DNA of 64,000 bases from Eledone cirrhosa (lineage: Eukaryota): assembly GCA_964016885.1 (NCBI GenBank), contig OZ024756.1, forward strand, positions 10,602,001 to 10,666,000. Reading direction: 5' to 3'. Below the pieces are notes generated by a model. It saw only the letters and a program-made list of their open reading frames with translations. It had not been told where the DNA came from and made no database searches. The number at the start of each line of letters is the position of its first letter. Position 1 is the first letter of the stretch. Shown here piece by piece: positions 12,533 to 24,905 of the stretch. Position numbers and translations under genes: made by a program.

Positions 12533-12814
12533 CATGTCATAAAACTAACAATCAGCTAACAACTGTTATGATCATCGTCACTTCTGACGGAGGACGATTC
12601 TGTTAGAGTTATCTCCCTTAGTTATTTCCGCATCTCCCTGCCCTCCACCCCCACATGAAAATCTTATTTATTATAACTGTAGAAACTCATTTCTTGCTAA
12701 TTTCCATTGTCTTTTATCTGGCCTCTCATTTCTATTTCCTTCTATCTCCTTCTTGCAGTTCTATTTAGCTGTGTTTTTATATATATTTTTTCTTGCGAGT
12801 GTGTCTTTTCATTA

Positions 12815-12901
<87 letters not shown>

Positions 12902-13445
12902 ATACTTTGGGAGGGTCATGTTGCTAATAAGAAACACACGACCAGCTGCTTTCACTTCAATTTATTATAATAAATTTATAAATTTAGGAATTTATAAATT
13001 TCCGGTTGGTTGGTTGGTTCCACAACCAGATAGTTGTTTATATATTGTCAAAGTTCTTTCGTCACACATTCTGTGACCTCTTCAGTGACTGGGGATTCTT
13101 TTCTTTGTTTTTTGTGCCTCTCCTTTGTTCTGTCCTACGCCATCTTGTTTTTGTGTGTGTGTTGTGTGCTTAGTTTGCGCATGTGTTACATCCGGATGTC
13201 TGTGTGAGTTTATATTCGTTTATTTATTTGTTTATTTACATGTTACTGGTTGGTTGTTTGTTCTATGTGCGTGTGTTTTCATTTTGTTCTTAATTGTAAG
13301 TTGTGATGTTGCTGTTCCACTCATGTTTTCTATTTAATTTTTTAATTTTTTGTGGGGAGGGCAACATGACCCTCCCAAAGTATAACAATATCGGTTTCAA
13401 CACATGTTTTCAGATAATGAATCTTGCTAAACAAATTCAGAAACG

Positions 13446-13480
<35 letters not shown>

Positions 13481-13483
<3 letters not shown>

Positions 13484-13948
13484 GATATATTAACAAATGG
13501 AAACTATATTTATAAAACCATATTTATTTCATTATACAAGGACACCAAGTTAAATTATGGTGTGCTTTCACCAGATAAAATATAATATAGATCAGTTTTA
13601 TAAATAAATATTGACATACCTTTCAAGAATGCGACCATTTCTGTTGGAAGCTCCCGGATAGTATTCTTTAAGGTCATATTCATCCCGGTCGCATTCTTTA
13701 AGGGTATGTCAATATTTATTTATAAAACTGATCTATATTATATTTTATCTGATGAAAGCACACCATAATTTAACTTGGTGTCCTTGAAATATGTGTAATG
13801 AAATAAATATGTTTTTATAAATATAGTTTCCATTTGTTAATATATCGTATTTTTACTCCAATAATTTGTTGAGTGCGTTATATCAGTTATAAAAAATTTT
13901 TTTTTAAAAAATGTTTGCTTGTTGTATCCCAACAATTTAAATAGAACT

Positions 13949-13950
<2 letters not shown>
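13481..13950. mobile_element. head-to-head inverted Penelope-like 3'-end element
   Basis: 13481-13636 is the reverse complement of ~13687-13849; TA/CA flanks. Confidence 0.75.
13741..13805 (+). ncRNA. minimal type I hammerhead ribozyme
   Basis: CTGATGA 13749-13755, GAAA 13786-13789, TATGT-GTA, stem I TATTTTAT/ATGAAATA; the antisense partner (~13520-13582) is degraded (CTGGTGA, GAAA deleted). Confidence 0.72.
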
Positions 13951-14013
<63 letters not shown>

Positions 14014-14029
14014 TTAAAGGTTAAACAAG

Positions 14030-14311
14030 GTTCAATGAATAAATCAAAGAATGAGTTTTTAAACTTTCTCACACGTACTCTCTCTATTGTATGTGTTATG
14101 TTTTCAATATTAAGGTATATAAATATTGGATTTTGTCATATATTACTCACTACCATGACTGAATCTTAACCCTCTACTATGTCAGGGTATGTCATGCATC
14201 ATCTTATTTTATCTGATGAGGACGTACTGTTGAAGTTAACTCAGTACCTCTGAAATATGTATAATAAAATATACTTGATCACAAGAATATCTATTTTGTT
14301 AATATTTTGAA

Positions 14312-14315
<4 letters not shown>
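14030..14315 (+). mobile_element. 5'-truncated Penelope-like 3' end, homologous to 61430-61700
   Basis: Colinear with reverse complement of 61430-61700; ends in (TA)n. Confidence 0.75.
14205..14271 (+). ncRNA. minimal type I hammerhead ribozyme
   Basis: Perfect 8-bp stem I TATTTTAT/ATAAAATA, CTGATGA 14213-14219, stem II ggacgtactg/cagtacctct, GAAA 14252-14255, AUA triplet 14261-14263. Confidence 0.82.
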
Positions 14316-14350
<35 letters not shown>

Positions 14351-14355
<5 letters not shown>

Positions 14356-14790
14356 ATTAAATAAATGGAAAACTATATTTATAAAACCATATTTATTTCA
14401 TTATATATATTTCGGGAATGTCATATTAACAATATGCTATGCCTTCATCAGACAAAATACAATATAAACAGTTTTATAGATAAATATATTCGACATACCG
14501 TAATAAACATCGACTTCATTTGAAGAGGTTTACGCTAGCAAGTCGATGTTTATTACGGTATGTCGAATATATTTATCTATAAAACTGTTTATATTGTATT
14601 TTGTCTGATGAAGGCATAGCATATTGTTAATATGATATCCCCGAAATATATATAATGAAATAAATATGGTTTTATAAATATAGTTTTCCATTTATTTAAT
14701 ATTGTAAATATACTCCAAATATTTGTCGAGTGCTTTTATATCAGTTATAAATATTTACTAGTTGTAACCCAACAATTTTAAATATATCTT
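14351..14790. mobile_element. head-to-head inverted Penelope-like 3'-end element with hammerheads at ~14394-14459 (-) and 14597-14662 (+)
   Basis: Near-perfect arms 14351-14516 / 14540-14706; CTGATGA 14605-14611, GAAA 14643-14646, TATATATA, ATGAAATA. Confidence 0.78.
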
Positions 14791-14837
<47 letters not shown>

Positions 14838-15899
14838 CTACCAACATATACGGTAGTGTCCAATCCGTATGAAGAGCTCAATGTAATCCAAATATCATGA
14901 AAAGAAAAGATGTATTCAAAAAATTTTTTAGATGAAAATCACAGGAAAACAGTGTCAAGATAAATTAATAAAAACAATGAATAAAAACAAAGAAACAGTT
15001 CCTTATATTAAAAAATTCATCATTTTACGATCGTTTCTAGGATATATATGTGTGTTGGTATGTATATCATATAGATCTATGTAAAAATTTTACAAACTAT
15101 CAGAGGGAATATACATACCTACACATATATATGCTGTCTTCAGAAATAATGATATTTGTTTATTGAAAAACACCAACAAAGATTTAATGTCTGTTTAGGA
15201 ACAGGTTTTGAATTGACCAATAAAAGAGTAGTAAGTGGTCAAGTTGATAGAATAGTTGTAGTAGAAATTTAATTTAAGGGTAGAGGAATGCAGACTTCAG
15301 TTTTGAATGGAAATAATACTTTGAATGAAAAGATTACTTTGGGGATGAAAAGAGGTCAAGCCGGTGAAAAGTACACGAACATTTGATGTTATTAAAGAAT
15401 AATGCTAATGTTAAAATCGAAGGAGAATAAAATTTTAGGATAAATGTGTTAGTGAGAAATACCAATCTTATTAAAAACATAAGGAATTTAGATCTATAAA
15501 AAGAAATTAAATTAATTTAATTGATAGGTATACTTATAGGGATAAATTTATATTAATTCATATAGATGTGATAAATAAGAGTTAGATGTTGTTAAAGAAT
15601 GTTGTTAAAAACGAAAGAAAAAAATTGGGGGAGGGGGGATAAATGTATTAGTGAGAAATAAACTTATATAGACTACAAGGAATTTAGATTCATAACAGGA
15701 AATTAAAATAGTTTATATGTATACTTATAGGTATTAATTTTAGGAAAAGATAGCTGTAAAAGGGAAATAAAATTATGAAGTTCTCAGTAGTAAAATACTA
15801 ATTAACTAAATTAAAAAAAAACCTAATTATAATAATTTGTAAAATAAAAGTGTATATTAGGTTTATAATATTTGAAAGTTCTTCTAATTCTATGATTGC

Positions 15900-16329
15900 C
15901 CGATATAATTAATTCTTGTCGCTTATTTAATAGGATATCCTTAGATTTCATTATTTCAAAAAGTTCCTGGCAACATAATCTACACTCATATCTCAAATTC
16001 GAAACTTCGGCTCCACCTTACACATAAATCAATTTATTTGCACATCTTATAGATGGTCAAAGGCAAAACGATGGCCCCTGATGTCGTCTGAGCTTTTAGT
16101 TGTGCGTCAGGAAATTTGGCTTAGTGTTAGAGGTCATTATCTCCCTCCCCCAGCATGCCCCTTCGTCAGTCACCCGCGTTTCTCAGTGATAGAGGTCATC
16201 ACCACCCTCCCCCGCATGGCCTGTGTGTGGCCATCGATGAGTCATCGAGAAGCAGCCGCTAAGATCAACACCTTTTCATCAAAGCAGATATTATTTTACC
16301 TACCCAGGCAACGCTGGGTACTGCTGTTA

Positions 16330-16330
<1 letters not shown>
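15900..16330 (+). mobile_element. Helitron-like 3' end
   Basis: cccaggcaacgctggg hairpin followed by ..ttagt, like the 22467-22494 terminus; 5' boundary uncertain. Confidence 0.45.
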
Positions 16331-16375
<45 letters not shown>

Positions 16376-16599
16376 ATATCTAAACACCATGTGGGATGAA
16401 AACTGTATTTAATTTTTTAAAATATATGAATTAATAATTATATGAATTAATAATTATTCTCCATTTTCATATAACATTCAATGTTATGACTGAGGAGGTC
16501 ATTGACATAATTATGTTGTAAGATGTATTTTATATTGGACTGTTTACATACACCTATGTCTAGGATAGAAATGAGATGCAAGGTTCATTCTATCATGAA

Positions 16600-17670
16600 C
16601 TATAAAGTGGTTGTGAAGGTGACACAACAAAATGCACCCAGTCTACACTGTAAAGTGGTTGTGTAGGTATCATGACAAAAAGCACTCAATCTACACTGTA
16701 AAGTGGTTGTGTAGGTGGCGTGACAAAAAGCACTCAGTCTATACTGTAAAGTGGTTGTGTAGGTGTCAAGACAAAAAGCACCCAGTCCACACTGTAAAGT
16801 GGTTGTGGAGGTGTCACGACAAAAAGCACCCAGTCCACACTGTAAAGTGGTTGTGGAGGTGTCACGACAAAAAGTACCCAGTCCACACTGTAAAGTGGTT
16901 GTGGAGGTGTCACAACAAAAAGCACTGTCTACACTATATAGTGGTCATGCAAGTGTCATGACAAAAAGCACCCAGCCCATACTGTAAAGTGGTTGAGTAG
17001 GTGTCATGACAAAACGCACCCAACCCACACTGTAAAATTGTTGTGTAGGTGACACATTAAAAAGCACCCAGTCCACACTGTAAAATGTAGATGTAGTTGT
17101 CACAATAAAAAGCACCCAGTACACACTGTAAAGTGTACATCTAGGTGTCACAATAAAAAGCACCCAGTACACACTGTAAAGTGTACATGTAGGTGTCACA
17201 ATAAAAAGCACCCAGTTCACACTGTAAAGTGTACATGTAGGTGTCACAGTAAAAAGCACCCAGTACACACTGTAAAGTGTACATGTAGTTGTCACAATAA
17301 AAAGCACCCAGTACACACTGTAAAGTAATCCTGTAGGTGACAAGATAAAAAGTACCCAATCCACATTGTAAAGTAGTCATGTAGGTAACACAACAAAAAA
17401 AAAAATCCCTGTCAACACTGTAAAGTGGACGTGTAGGTAACACAACAAAAAGTACCCAGTACTCACTGTAAAGTGTTCATCTGTTATGATAAAAAGCTCC
17501 CAGTCCACACCGTAGAGTGGTTGGTGTTAGGAAGGGCATTCAGCCACAGAAACCAAGTGAAAAACAGTTCTGTACAAGCAAGATATGGTCATCTGACCTG
17601 GCTTGTCTCACAATCTGACAACTTATCCAATCCATGCTAGCGTTGAAAAATGGATATTAAATGGTGATGA
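16600..17670 (+). repeat. degenerate ~48-bp tandem array inside an RTE 3' UTR, ending in the RTE tail
   Basis: cactgtaaagtggttgtggaggtgtcacgacaaaaagcacccagtcca units, then gttggtgttaggaagggcattcagc..gatgatga. Confidence 0.85.
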
Positions 17671-18180
17671 CTAGCAGAAAACCACACGAAGGCGGTTTTC
17701 TGCTAGTCTATATATCTAAAACAGAGAATGTCTGTCTGTCTGTCAGCTCACTAAAACTTGAGAACCATCCAACCGATTGTTTTCAAACTTTAGACATGTA
17801 ATACTTATGGTCCTGTGAGTGTTTTGAGCAAAAATTATTTCAAATTTTCAATGCCCTAGGGACCGCATTAGACGATTTAGCGTTCTCTCTATATAATTCT
17901 TAGTCTTTCTTTTTAGATAGATACATAGATATAACGTTGCGCCCTTATAATATCTGTCTGTATGTCTGCATTACGTCATTATGACGCACTCAGTGTGTGT
18001 GTGTATATATATATGTATCGTAATGCAGACAGCAAGACATAGCTTTCCTTCCCCTCTTCCAGCGTCTCTCTCTCTCCCTCCCGCTATCCCCCTCTTGTAG
18101 TCTGTCTCTTTCTTTCACTCTCACTCTCTCTCTACGCGTCGGACAGACAGACAGAGAAATTGCTGGTTATATATTATAAG
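17670..18180. mobile_element. Helitron-like fragments
   Basis: ctagcagaaaaccac..ggttttctgctagt hairpin terminus (also at 9063-9100); TCTATATA..(TGTC)n 5'-type ends at 17708 (+) and 18180 (-). Confidence 0.4.
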
Positions 18181-18291
18181 GAGATGATGATGATGATGAT
18201 GATGACACCACCCACATATGTGGCTATACATATGATGATGATTATGATACAGACACACTCATCCTCATCAATATTTTTATGTCCATTCTTT

Positions 18292-18825
18292 TGTAGCACT
18301 CTCTAGACAAGGAAGTAGCTGGAGTTACTTCCCGTTGAAATTCCAGAACCTTCTTTGTAACTTCCGTCCAGGGAACTATAAAGGAGAGAGCTCAAAGCTA
18401 TTTTTCTCTTCTTCACCTCTTGGCCGCCTGGCTTAAGGCCAGGCATGGTTACGCCAAAGGTATGCTCTCTTTCTGGCGGTTTTCTTCTCAAGCTGACAAC
18501 ACCGAGCACAAGCATGTTAACTTTTCTCTAACCACCTTTCATGGATCTGGACTATACCTAATTATGTACGAGAATATTTGTTTACAACAATTATAACATG
18601 GAGCTACAATAAAAATGAAGACTTATATTTGATACTCGTTCCGAGAAACTGCTTACATTTTATCATTACCTTTGTAATGGGAATTAACTCTCATTCGACA
18701 TGGTGTTATGTAAAAATATCTTATCCTTTTCTTTATAAAAATTAGTGGTTATAGTTACGTAGACATTACACTAAAATGGTGACCCTGACGGAGTGAAACA
18801 CCAACCACTAAAATGGTGACCCCGA
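18292..18825 (+). mobile_element. LTR (TGTA..TACA, 18292-18770) followed by tRNA-Trp-type primer binding site(s)
   Basis: TGGTGACCCTGACG at 18777 and TGGTGACCCCGA at 18814 complement the tRNA-Trp 3' end; AATAAA at ~18608; interrupts an RTE-tail fragment. Confidence 0.55.
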
Positions 18826-19446
18826 GCAACCACTAAACTTTCATGGGTTTGGACGGGTCATTTAGATGACAATGTTTTACATCCAGATGCCCTTCATGAT
18901 GCCAACCCTTATAATCATCTCATACACACAGGGATGTGATGCACCTATTCTGAAAACCTGAATAAATATTTTCACACAGGATAAATATTTTCTCACACTC
19001 CCCAACAACATCATACCGAAGAAAAGATAGAAAGAACTTGGCAAAGATAATATACAATCTAAAATCTGGTGACAAATCTAATTTTCTCTCTCATTTCAAC
19101 TAAACTAAGAACATTATCAATTTTTAGAAATATTTCATAAATATTTCTAAATTATATTATTATATTTTCAAGTATTCTTATCTACTTTTATAAAAACTTA
19201 TAAATATTTTTGTCTATATATTTCTCTAGAACCCATCACAGTGATGAGGAAATGAGATTTCAAGACAAACTGTCTGTTATTATAGGGTGGAGAAAAGCTA
19301 AATTTTAAAGTTATTAAATTATGAAAGAAAGAGATAGAGAAAATGAAATGTTTTGGAAGAAAACAGGGAAGAGAGAAAGTATCAGATATTTTCAACAACA
19401 CTTTTCTCTCGCCTTTGCAAACAATATAGACTATATCATGACAAAT

Positions 19447-19854
19447 TAATATATATATATGTTAATTGTATATAAATATATAGTATATGCTTATATATAT
19501 ATATATATATATAAACAAATGCATTCCCCCCTCCTCTCTTTCTCTATATATATGTATATATACACATATATATATATATATATGTATATATACACATATA
19601 TATATATATATATGTTAATTGTATATAACTATATAGTATATGCTTATATATATATATATATAAACAAATGTATTCCCCCCTCCTCTCTCTCTATATATAT
19701 ATGTATATATACACACATATATATATATATATGTATATATACACATATATATATATATATATGTTAATTGTATATAACTATATAGTATATGCTTATATAT
19801 ATATATATAAACAAATGTATTCCCCCCTCTCTCTCTCTATATATATATGTATAT

Positions 19855-19887
<33 letters not shown>

Positions 19888-19890
19888 ATG
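19447..19890. repeat. ~150-bp TA-rich tandem unit x3 (fourth copy ~20375-20470)
   Basis: gttaattgtatataa..aaacaaatgtattccccc repeated. Confidence 0.75.
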
Positions 19891-20015
19891 TAGGAGGTGA
19901 GTTTTATTGTAGTACAATAAAGCAATGCAGATATCGGATAAGAAGCACTCTACAGTTTGTAGGACTGGAGTATACATAATATATAAGATCAAAAGATGGT
20001 TAAAAGAGTTCCATG

Positions 20016-20086
20016 TATTTTATTATGCGCATTTCAAAAACAAATATCATCATGCAATAACATTTGTGTTTTCATCAGATAAAATA
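20016..20086 (-). ncRNA. minimal type I hammerhead ribozyme
   Basis: Reverse complement of 20201-20271. Confidence 0.8.
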
Positions 20087-20200
20087 GGAAGACATGATAT
20101 GAAGATTAAAAAACACTTGTGGATAGTGCAGTTTTAAATCAACATATATATATGTGTATATATACATATATATATGTTGATTTAAAACTGAATGTCTTCC

Positions 20201-20271
20201 TATTTTATCTGATGAAAACACAAATGTTATTGCATGATGATATTTGTTTTTGAAATGCGCATAATAAAATA
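20201..20271 (+). ncRNA. minimal type I hammerhead ribozyme
   Basis: TATTTTAT-CTGATGA(20209-15)-long stem II-GAAA(20252-55)-TGCGCA palindrome-TA-ATAAAATA. Confidence 0.83.
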
Positions 20272-20299
20272 CATGGAACTCTTTTAACCATCTTTTGAT

Positions 20300-20376
<77 letters not shown>

Positions 20377-20873
20377 GTTAATTGTATATAAATATATAGT
20401 ATATGCTTATATATATATATATATAAACAAATGTATCCCCCCTCTCTCTCTCTATATATATATATACATATATGGGTGTCTGTGTATATATATATATCAA
20501 AGTTAGAACTATATTATCAATTCTCGAAGGAGAGTAGAGAGTTAATATATATTAATATATATATATATTTTCGTATGTGTGCACCTGTGTATGTTTATAC
20601 ACACATATATACTATAAATTATGTTCATAGAATCATTTGATAAGATATATACACCATTTCCTCTCCCAATTAGCATAATCAACCACACAAAAAAACCAAT
20701 TAAACCAGGCTATAAGATTAAAAGGCAACTATAAAGAAATAATAGATAAATAAACGACAGCCATCTATTCGCGATCAACAGCTATAGAATATTTACCCAG
20801 CATTTCAATAGCACGTGGAAATCGATTAAATATATCGTCAACCATACACAATCTATCTATCTATCTATATATA

Positions 20874-22494
20874 TCTATATATATAAAACTGTGGTTGTCT
20901 GTCTGTCTATCGATTTTTGGCACACATCTCCTCTTAGAATCTCTCACGGAATTGCACCGAAATTGCTATACTTGTACATTGAGCCCTAGCGAAGACATCA
21001 GAAAAAAAAATTTCAAATTGACCCACCCTATGTGACGAAATCGAATATAATGTATCGATTTTTGAGCGTAAGTTATCAGTTATTTCCCTTTGTTCTGTTT
21101 ACATTGAGCGTCTTACGTAAAAAATTACGCTGGCTTTCTCAGCGTTTAAAATGACATTTGCAAAATTCATCAGTTCGAACACTAAGCTTCCGTTTTGCTT
21201 CATTTCCATTTAAAAGCATTTTAAAACAATATTTTTACTTGAAAACAAGTCTATTTAAAGACTACGTAAAACAAGCAAATATTTCGTCGTTAGGCGTGCA
21301 GACAGACAGTCGTGCAGACAGACAGTCGTGCAGAGAGGTGATATACGCGTGCAGACAGATAGTCGTGCAGAGAGGTGATATAGGCGTGCAGACAGACAGT
21401 CGTGCAGAGAGGTGATATAGGCGTGCAGACAGACAGTCGTGCAGAGAAGTGATATAGGCGTGCAGACAGACAGTCGTGCAGAGAGGTGATATAGGCGTGC
21501 AGGCAGACATCTATCTATATATATAAAACTGTGGTTGTCTGTCTGTCTATCGATTTTTGGCACACATCTCCTCTTAGAATCTCTCACGGAATTGCACTGA
21601 AATTGCTATACTTGAGCCCTAGCGAAGACATCGGAAAAAAAAAATTTAAAATTGACCCACCCTATGTGACGAAATCGAATATAATGTATCGATTTTTGAG
21701 CGTAAGTGATCAGTTATTTCCCTTTGTTCTGTTTACATTGAGCGTCTTACGTAAAAAATTACGCGGCTTTCTCAGCGTTTAAAATGACATTAACACAATA
21801 CACGAACAGACAGTTGTCGAGCCAGCAAAATATTGACCTGCAAAATTCATCAGTTCGAACACTAAGCTTCCGTTTTGCTTCATTTCCATTTAAAAGCATT
21901 TTAAAACAATATTTTTACTTGAAAACAAGTCTATTTAAAGACTACGTAAAACAAGCAAATATTTCGTCGTTAGGCGTGCAGACAGACAGTCGTGCAGACA
22001 GACAGTCGTGCAGAGAGGTGATATACGCGTGCAGACAGATAGTCGTGCAGAGAGGTGATATAGGCGTGCAGACAGATAGTCGTGCAGAGAGGTGATATAG
22101 GCGTGCAGACAGACAGTCGTGCAGAGAGGTGATATAGGCGTGCAGACAGATAGTCGTGCAGAGAGGTGATATAGGCGTGCAGACAGACATAACTGATAAT
22201 TTGGTTACGTTAATGTTTTTCTCTGCGTTGCAGTGTTTACATTTTCGATCTTTGTTAATAAATAACCAGTGCAGTTTCTATCCCCAGCATCCTCTTTTGT
22301 TATAACATTCGGGTTATCGTTATGTTTTCTTAACTTCATAAGGCATATTGTTGGTTGAGGGAATATTAATCAAAAACACCACATGCAAGTCTGCACAGTA
22401 GACACTACAGTTTTTAAGCCAAGAAAGAAACTTAACATTGTAACTTTAACACAGCTACTGAGCGACCCCGAGCAACGCCGGGCTTTACTGCTAG
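20874..22494 (+). mobile_element. non-autonomous Helitron-like element with duplicated 5' part (20874, 21514) and 37-bp internal minisatellite
   Basis: 5' TCTATATATATAAAACT..(TGTC)n; 3' cccgagcaacgccggg hairpin + CTAG|T; gcgtgcagacagacagtcgtgcagagaggtgatatag arrays. Confidence 0.7.
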
Positions 22495-23058
22495 TTAGGT
22501 ATAAAATTAAAGTTAGAAGAAAAAATGTTTATAAACATACCAGGATTACGTTTCTACCCCATGGGGTTTCTTTCACTTTTGGAAATATCCTATCAAGGAT
22601 AAATTCTCGAGCTTCGAACTTATCAGGAAACAAACTCACTTGGACGAAGATTTTTATAAAATTAAAGTTAGAAGAAAAAATTTATATAAACATACCAGGA
22701 TTACGTTTATATATATATATATATATATACAGTATATATATATCCATCTGCTCATCTATTTTGTCATCTTCAAGGTTCTAACATTCCTACAAACTCTTAG
22801 CAGCGACAGTTGGATCTGTTACATGTCTCAGTATTCTTTCACCTGTTGGGATACACACATACATATACACATACATATACACACACATATACACACAATA
22901 CATATAGACACACAGGTATACACACAATACATATAGACATACGCATACATATACACACAGACATAGACCTACAGTCACATATATACGCACACACACACAC
23001 ACACATATAAATGCATAAATACATACACACACACAAATATGCATACATAAACACATGC

Positions 23059-23097
<39 letters not shown>

Positions 23098-23482
23098 CAT
23101 ATATACACATACATATATATACATATATATACATACATAAACACACACACACACATATGTATATATATATATATATATATATACATATGTGTGTGTGTGT
23201 GTTTATGTATGCATATTTGTGTGTGTGTATGTATATGTGCATTTATATGTGTATATGTATATATGTGTATGTGTTTGTGTATATATGTGTATATATGCAT
23301 TTATATGTGTATGTGTATATCTATCTATCTAGGGCGGGTAAAATTCCCGAGATCCATGGACAAGTTCTCTCTAGCGGTCTCTGTCCCTCATTATCGCTGC
23401 CATGTCCTGCGTCTCCAACAGACCAGTGTCTGTCCTTAGGGCATCAACATACGTTATATGTGTATATATATATATATATATA

Positions 23483-23694
23483 CAGGGTGTTTCAAAAAAT
23501 GTAATATCATTTGAGATGTAAATATCCCAGAAACTACAAGGTCTAGCACAACGAGACTAAGCAGGCTCCATGTTGAGTAACACAAGATTTATTCCTCAAA
23601 ACATATCCATGTTATAACATTAATTCACAATATATATTTCATTGTGATAACCTTCGGAACAGGCCATTGATATCAAATTTTTTGAAACACCCTG
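23483..23694. mobile_element. Tc1/mariner-type MITE
   Basis: TIR CAGGGTGTTTCAAAAAAT / ATTTTTTGAAACACCCTG flanked by TA. Confidence 0.85.
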
Positions 23695-23712
23695 TATATA
23701 TATATATATATA

Positions 23713-24675
23713 TGATAAATGCCGACCTTACCCATTTGCACCTCTCAAGGGCAATGACACGCGACCGTGAGCTCTGGCATCATGCAGTAGATCAGAAGAC
23801 CCGACCCCTCCACAGGAACAAGCTGTAGCTGAAGCATATAGACAATATGCACCCTCCACATCCCGCACTGCAAAGTGGTCGTGGAGGTGGCACGGCAAAA
23901 AAGCACCCAGCCCACACTGCAAAGTGGTCGTGGAGGTGCCACGGCAAAAAAGCACCCAGCCCACACTGCAAAGTGGTCGTGGAGGTGCCACGGCAAAAAA
24001 GCACCCAGCCCACACTGCAAAGTGGTCGTGGAGGTGCCATGGCAAAAAACCACCCAGTCCACACTGCAAAGTGGTCGTGGAGGTGCCACAACAAAAAACC
24101 ACCCAGCCCACACTACAAAGTGGTCATGGAGGTTCCACGGCAAAAAAACCACCCAGCCCACACTGCAAAGTGATCGTGGAGGTGCCACGGCAAAAAAGCA
24201 CCCAGCCCACACTGCAAAGTCGTCGTGTAGGTGCCATGGCAAAAAAGCACCCAGCCCACACTGCAAAGTGGTCGTGGAGGTGCCACGGCAAAAAAGCACC
24301 CAGCCCACACTGCAAAGTGGTCGTGGAGGTGCCACGGCAAAAAAGCACCCAGCCCACACTGCAAAGTGGTCGTGGAGGTGCCACAGCAAAAAACCACCCA
24401 GCCCACACTACAAAGTGGTCGTGGAGGTTCCACGGCAAAAAAACCACCCAGCCCACACTGTAAAGTGGTCGTGGAGGTGCCATGGCAAAAAAGCACCCAG
24501 CACTCACTGTAAATGAGGTTGGTGTTAGGAAGGGCATCCAGCTGTAGAAATCAAGCCAGTATCAGTTCCCGTATGAGCAAGACAAGGTCAGCTGACTGGA
24601 CACTGCCACAACAGGACAACCCGTCTAACCCATGCTAGCGTGGAAGAACGGACGTAAAACGGTGATGATGATGAT
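23713..24675 (+). mobile_element. 5'-truncated RTE LINE with 49-bp 3'-UTR unit amplified ~13x (23866-24510)
   Basis: Colinear with 53036-53444; cactgcaaagtggtcgtggaggtgccacggcaaaaaagcacccagccca period 49; (GAT)n tail. Confidence 0.9.
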
Positions 24676-24905
24676 ATGTATATATATAAAGTGAATTTTA
24701 TGATGCTAGGCTAAATTCATTTCCTTTTTCCTTCACAATGGAGTTTGTGTTATAAACACACACACACACATATATCCAGAGAAGAGCGAAAATACTCGGA
24801 ACTGCCTGCAACACCTCTCCTACATTCACACCACACAGCGAAGATACAGTAAAAAGATGAAGAGTTTTAATTCCTTTGGGAATCTTTTGAGATGGAAGAC
24901 ATTAA

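Larger units (their letters stand above)
19983..20303. mobile_element. head-to-head inverted Penelope-like 3'-end element
   Basis: 19983-20095 is the reverse complement of 20192-20303; the same peptide appears in ORFs 19925..20137(+) and 20075..20356(-). Confidence 0.8.

Noticed and set aside
13520-13582. Hammerhead on minus strand
   Set aside because: Core mutated to CTGGTGA and GAAA segment deleted; counted only as a decayed arm
22501-22708. 53-bp direct repeat with CTGATAA..GAAAC on minus strand
   Set aside because: Non-canonical core and no supportable stems; left unclassified
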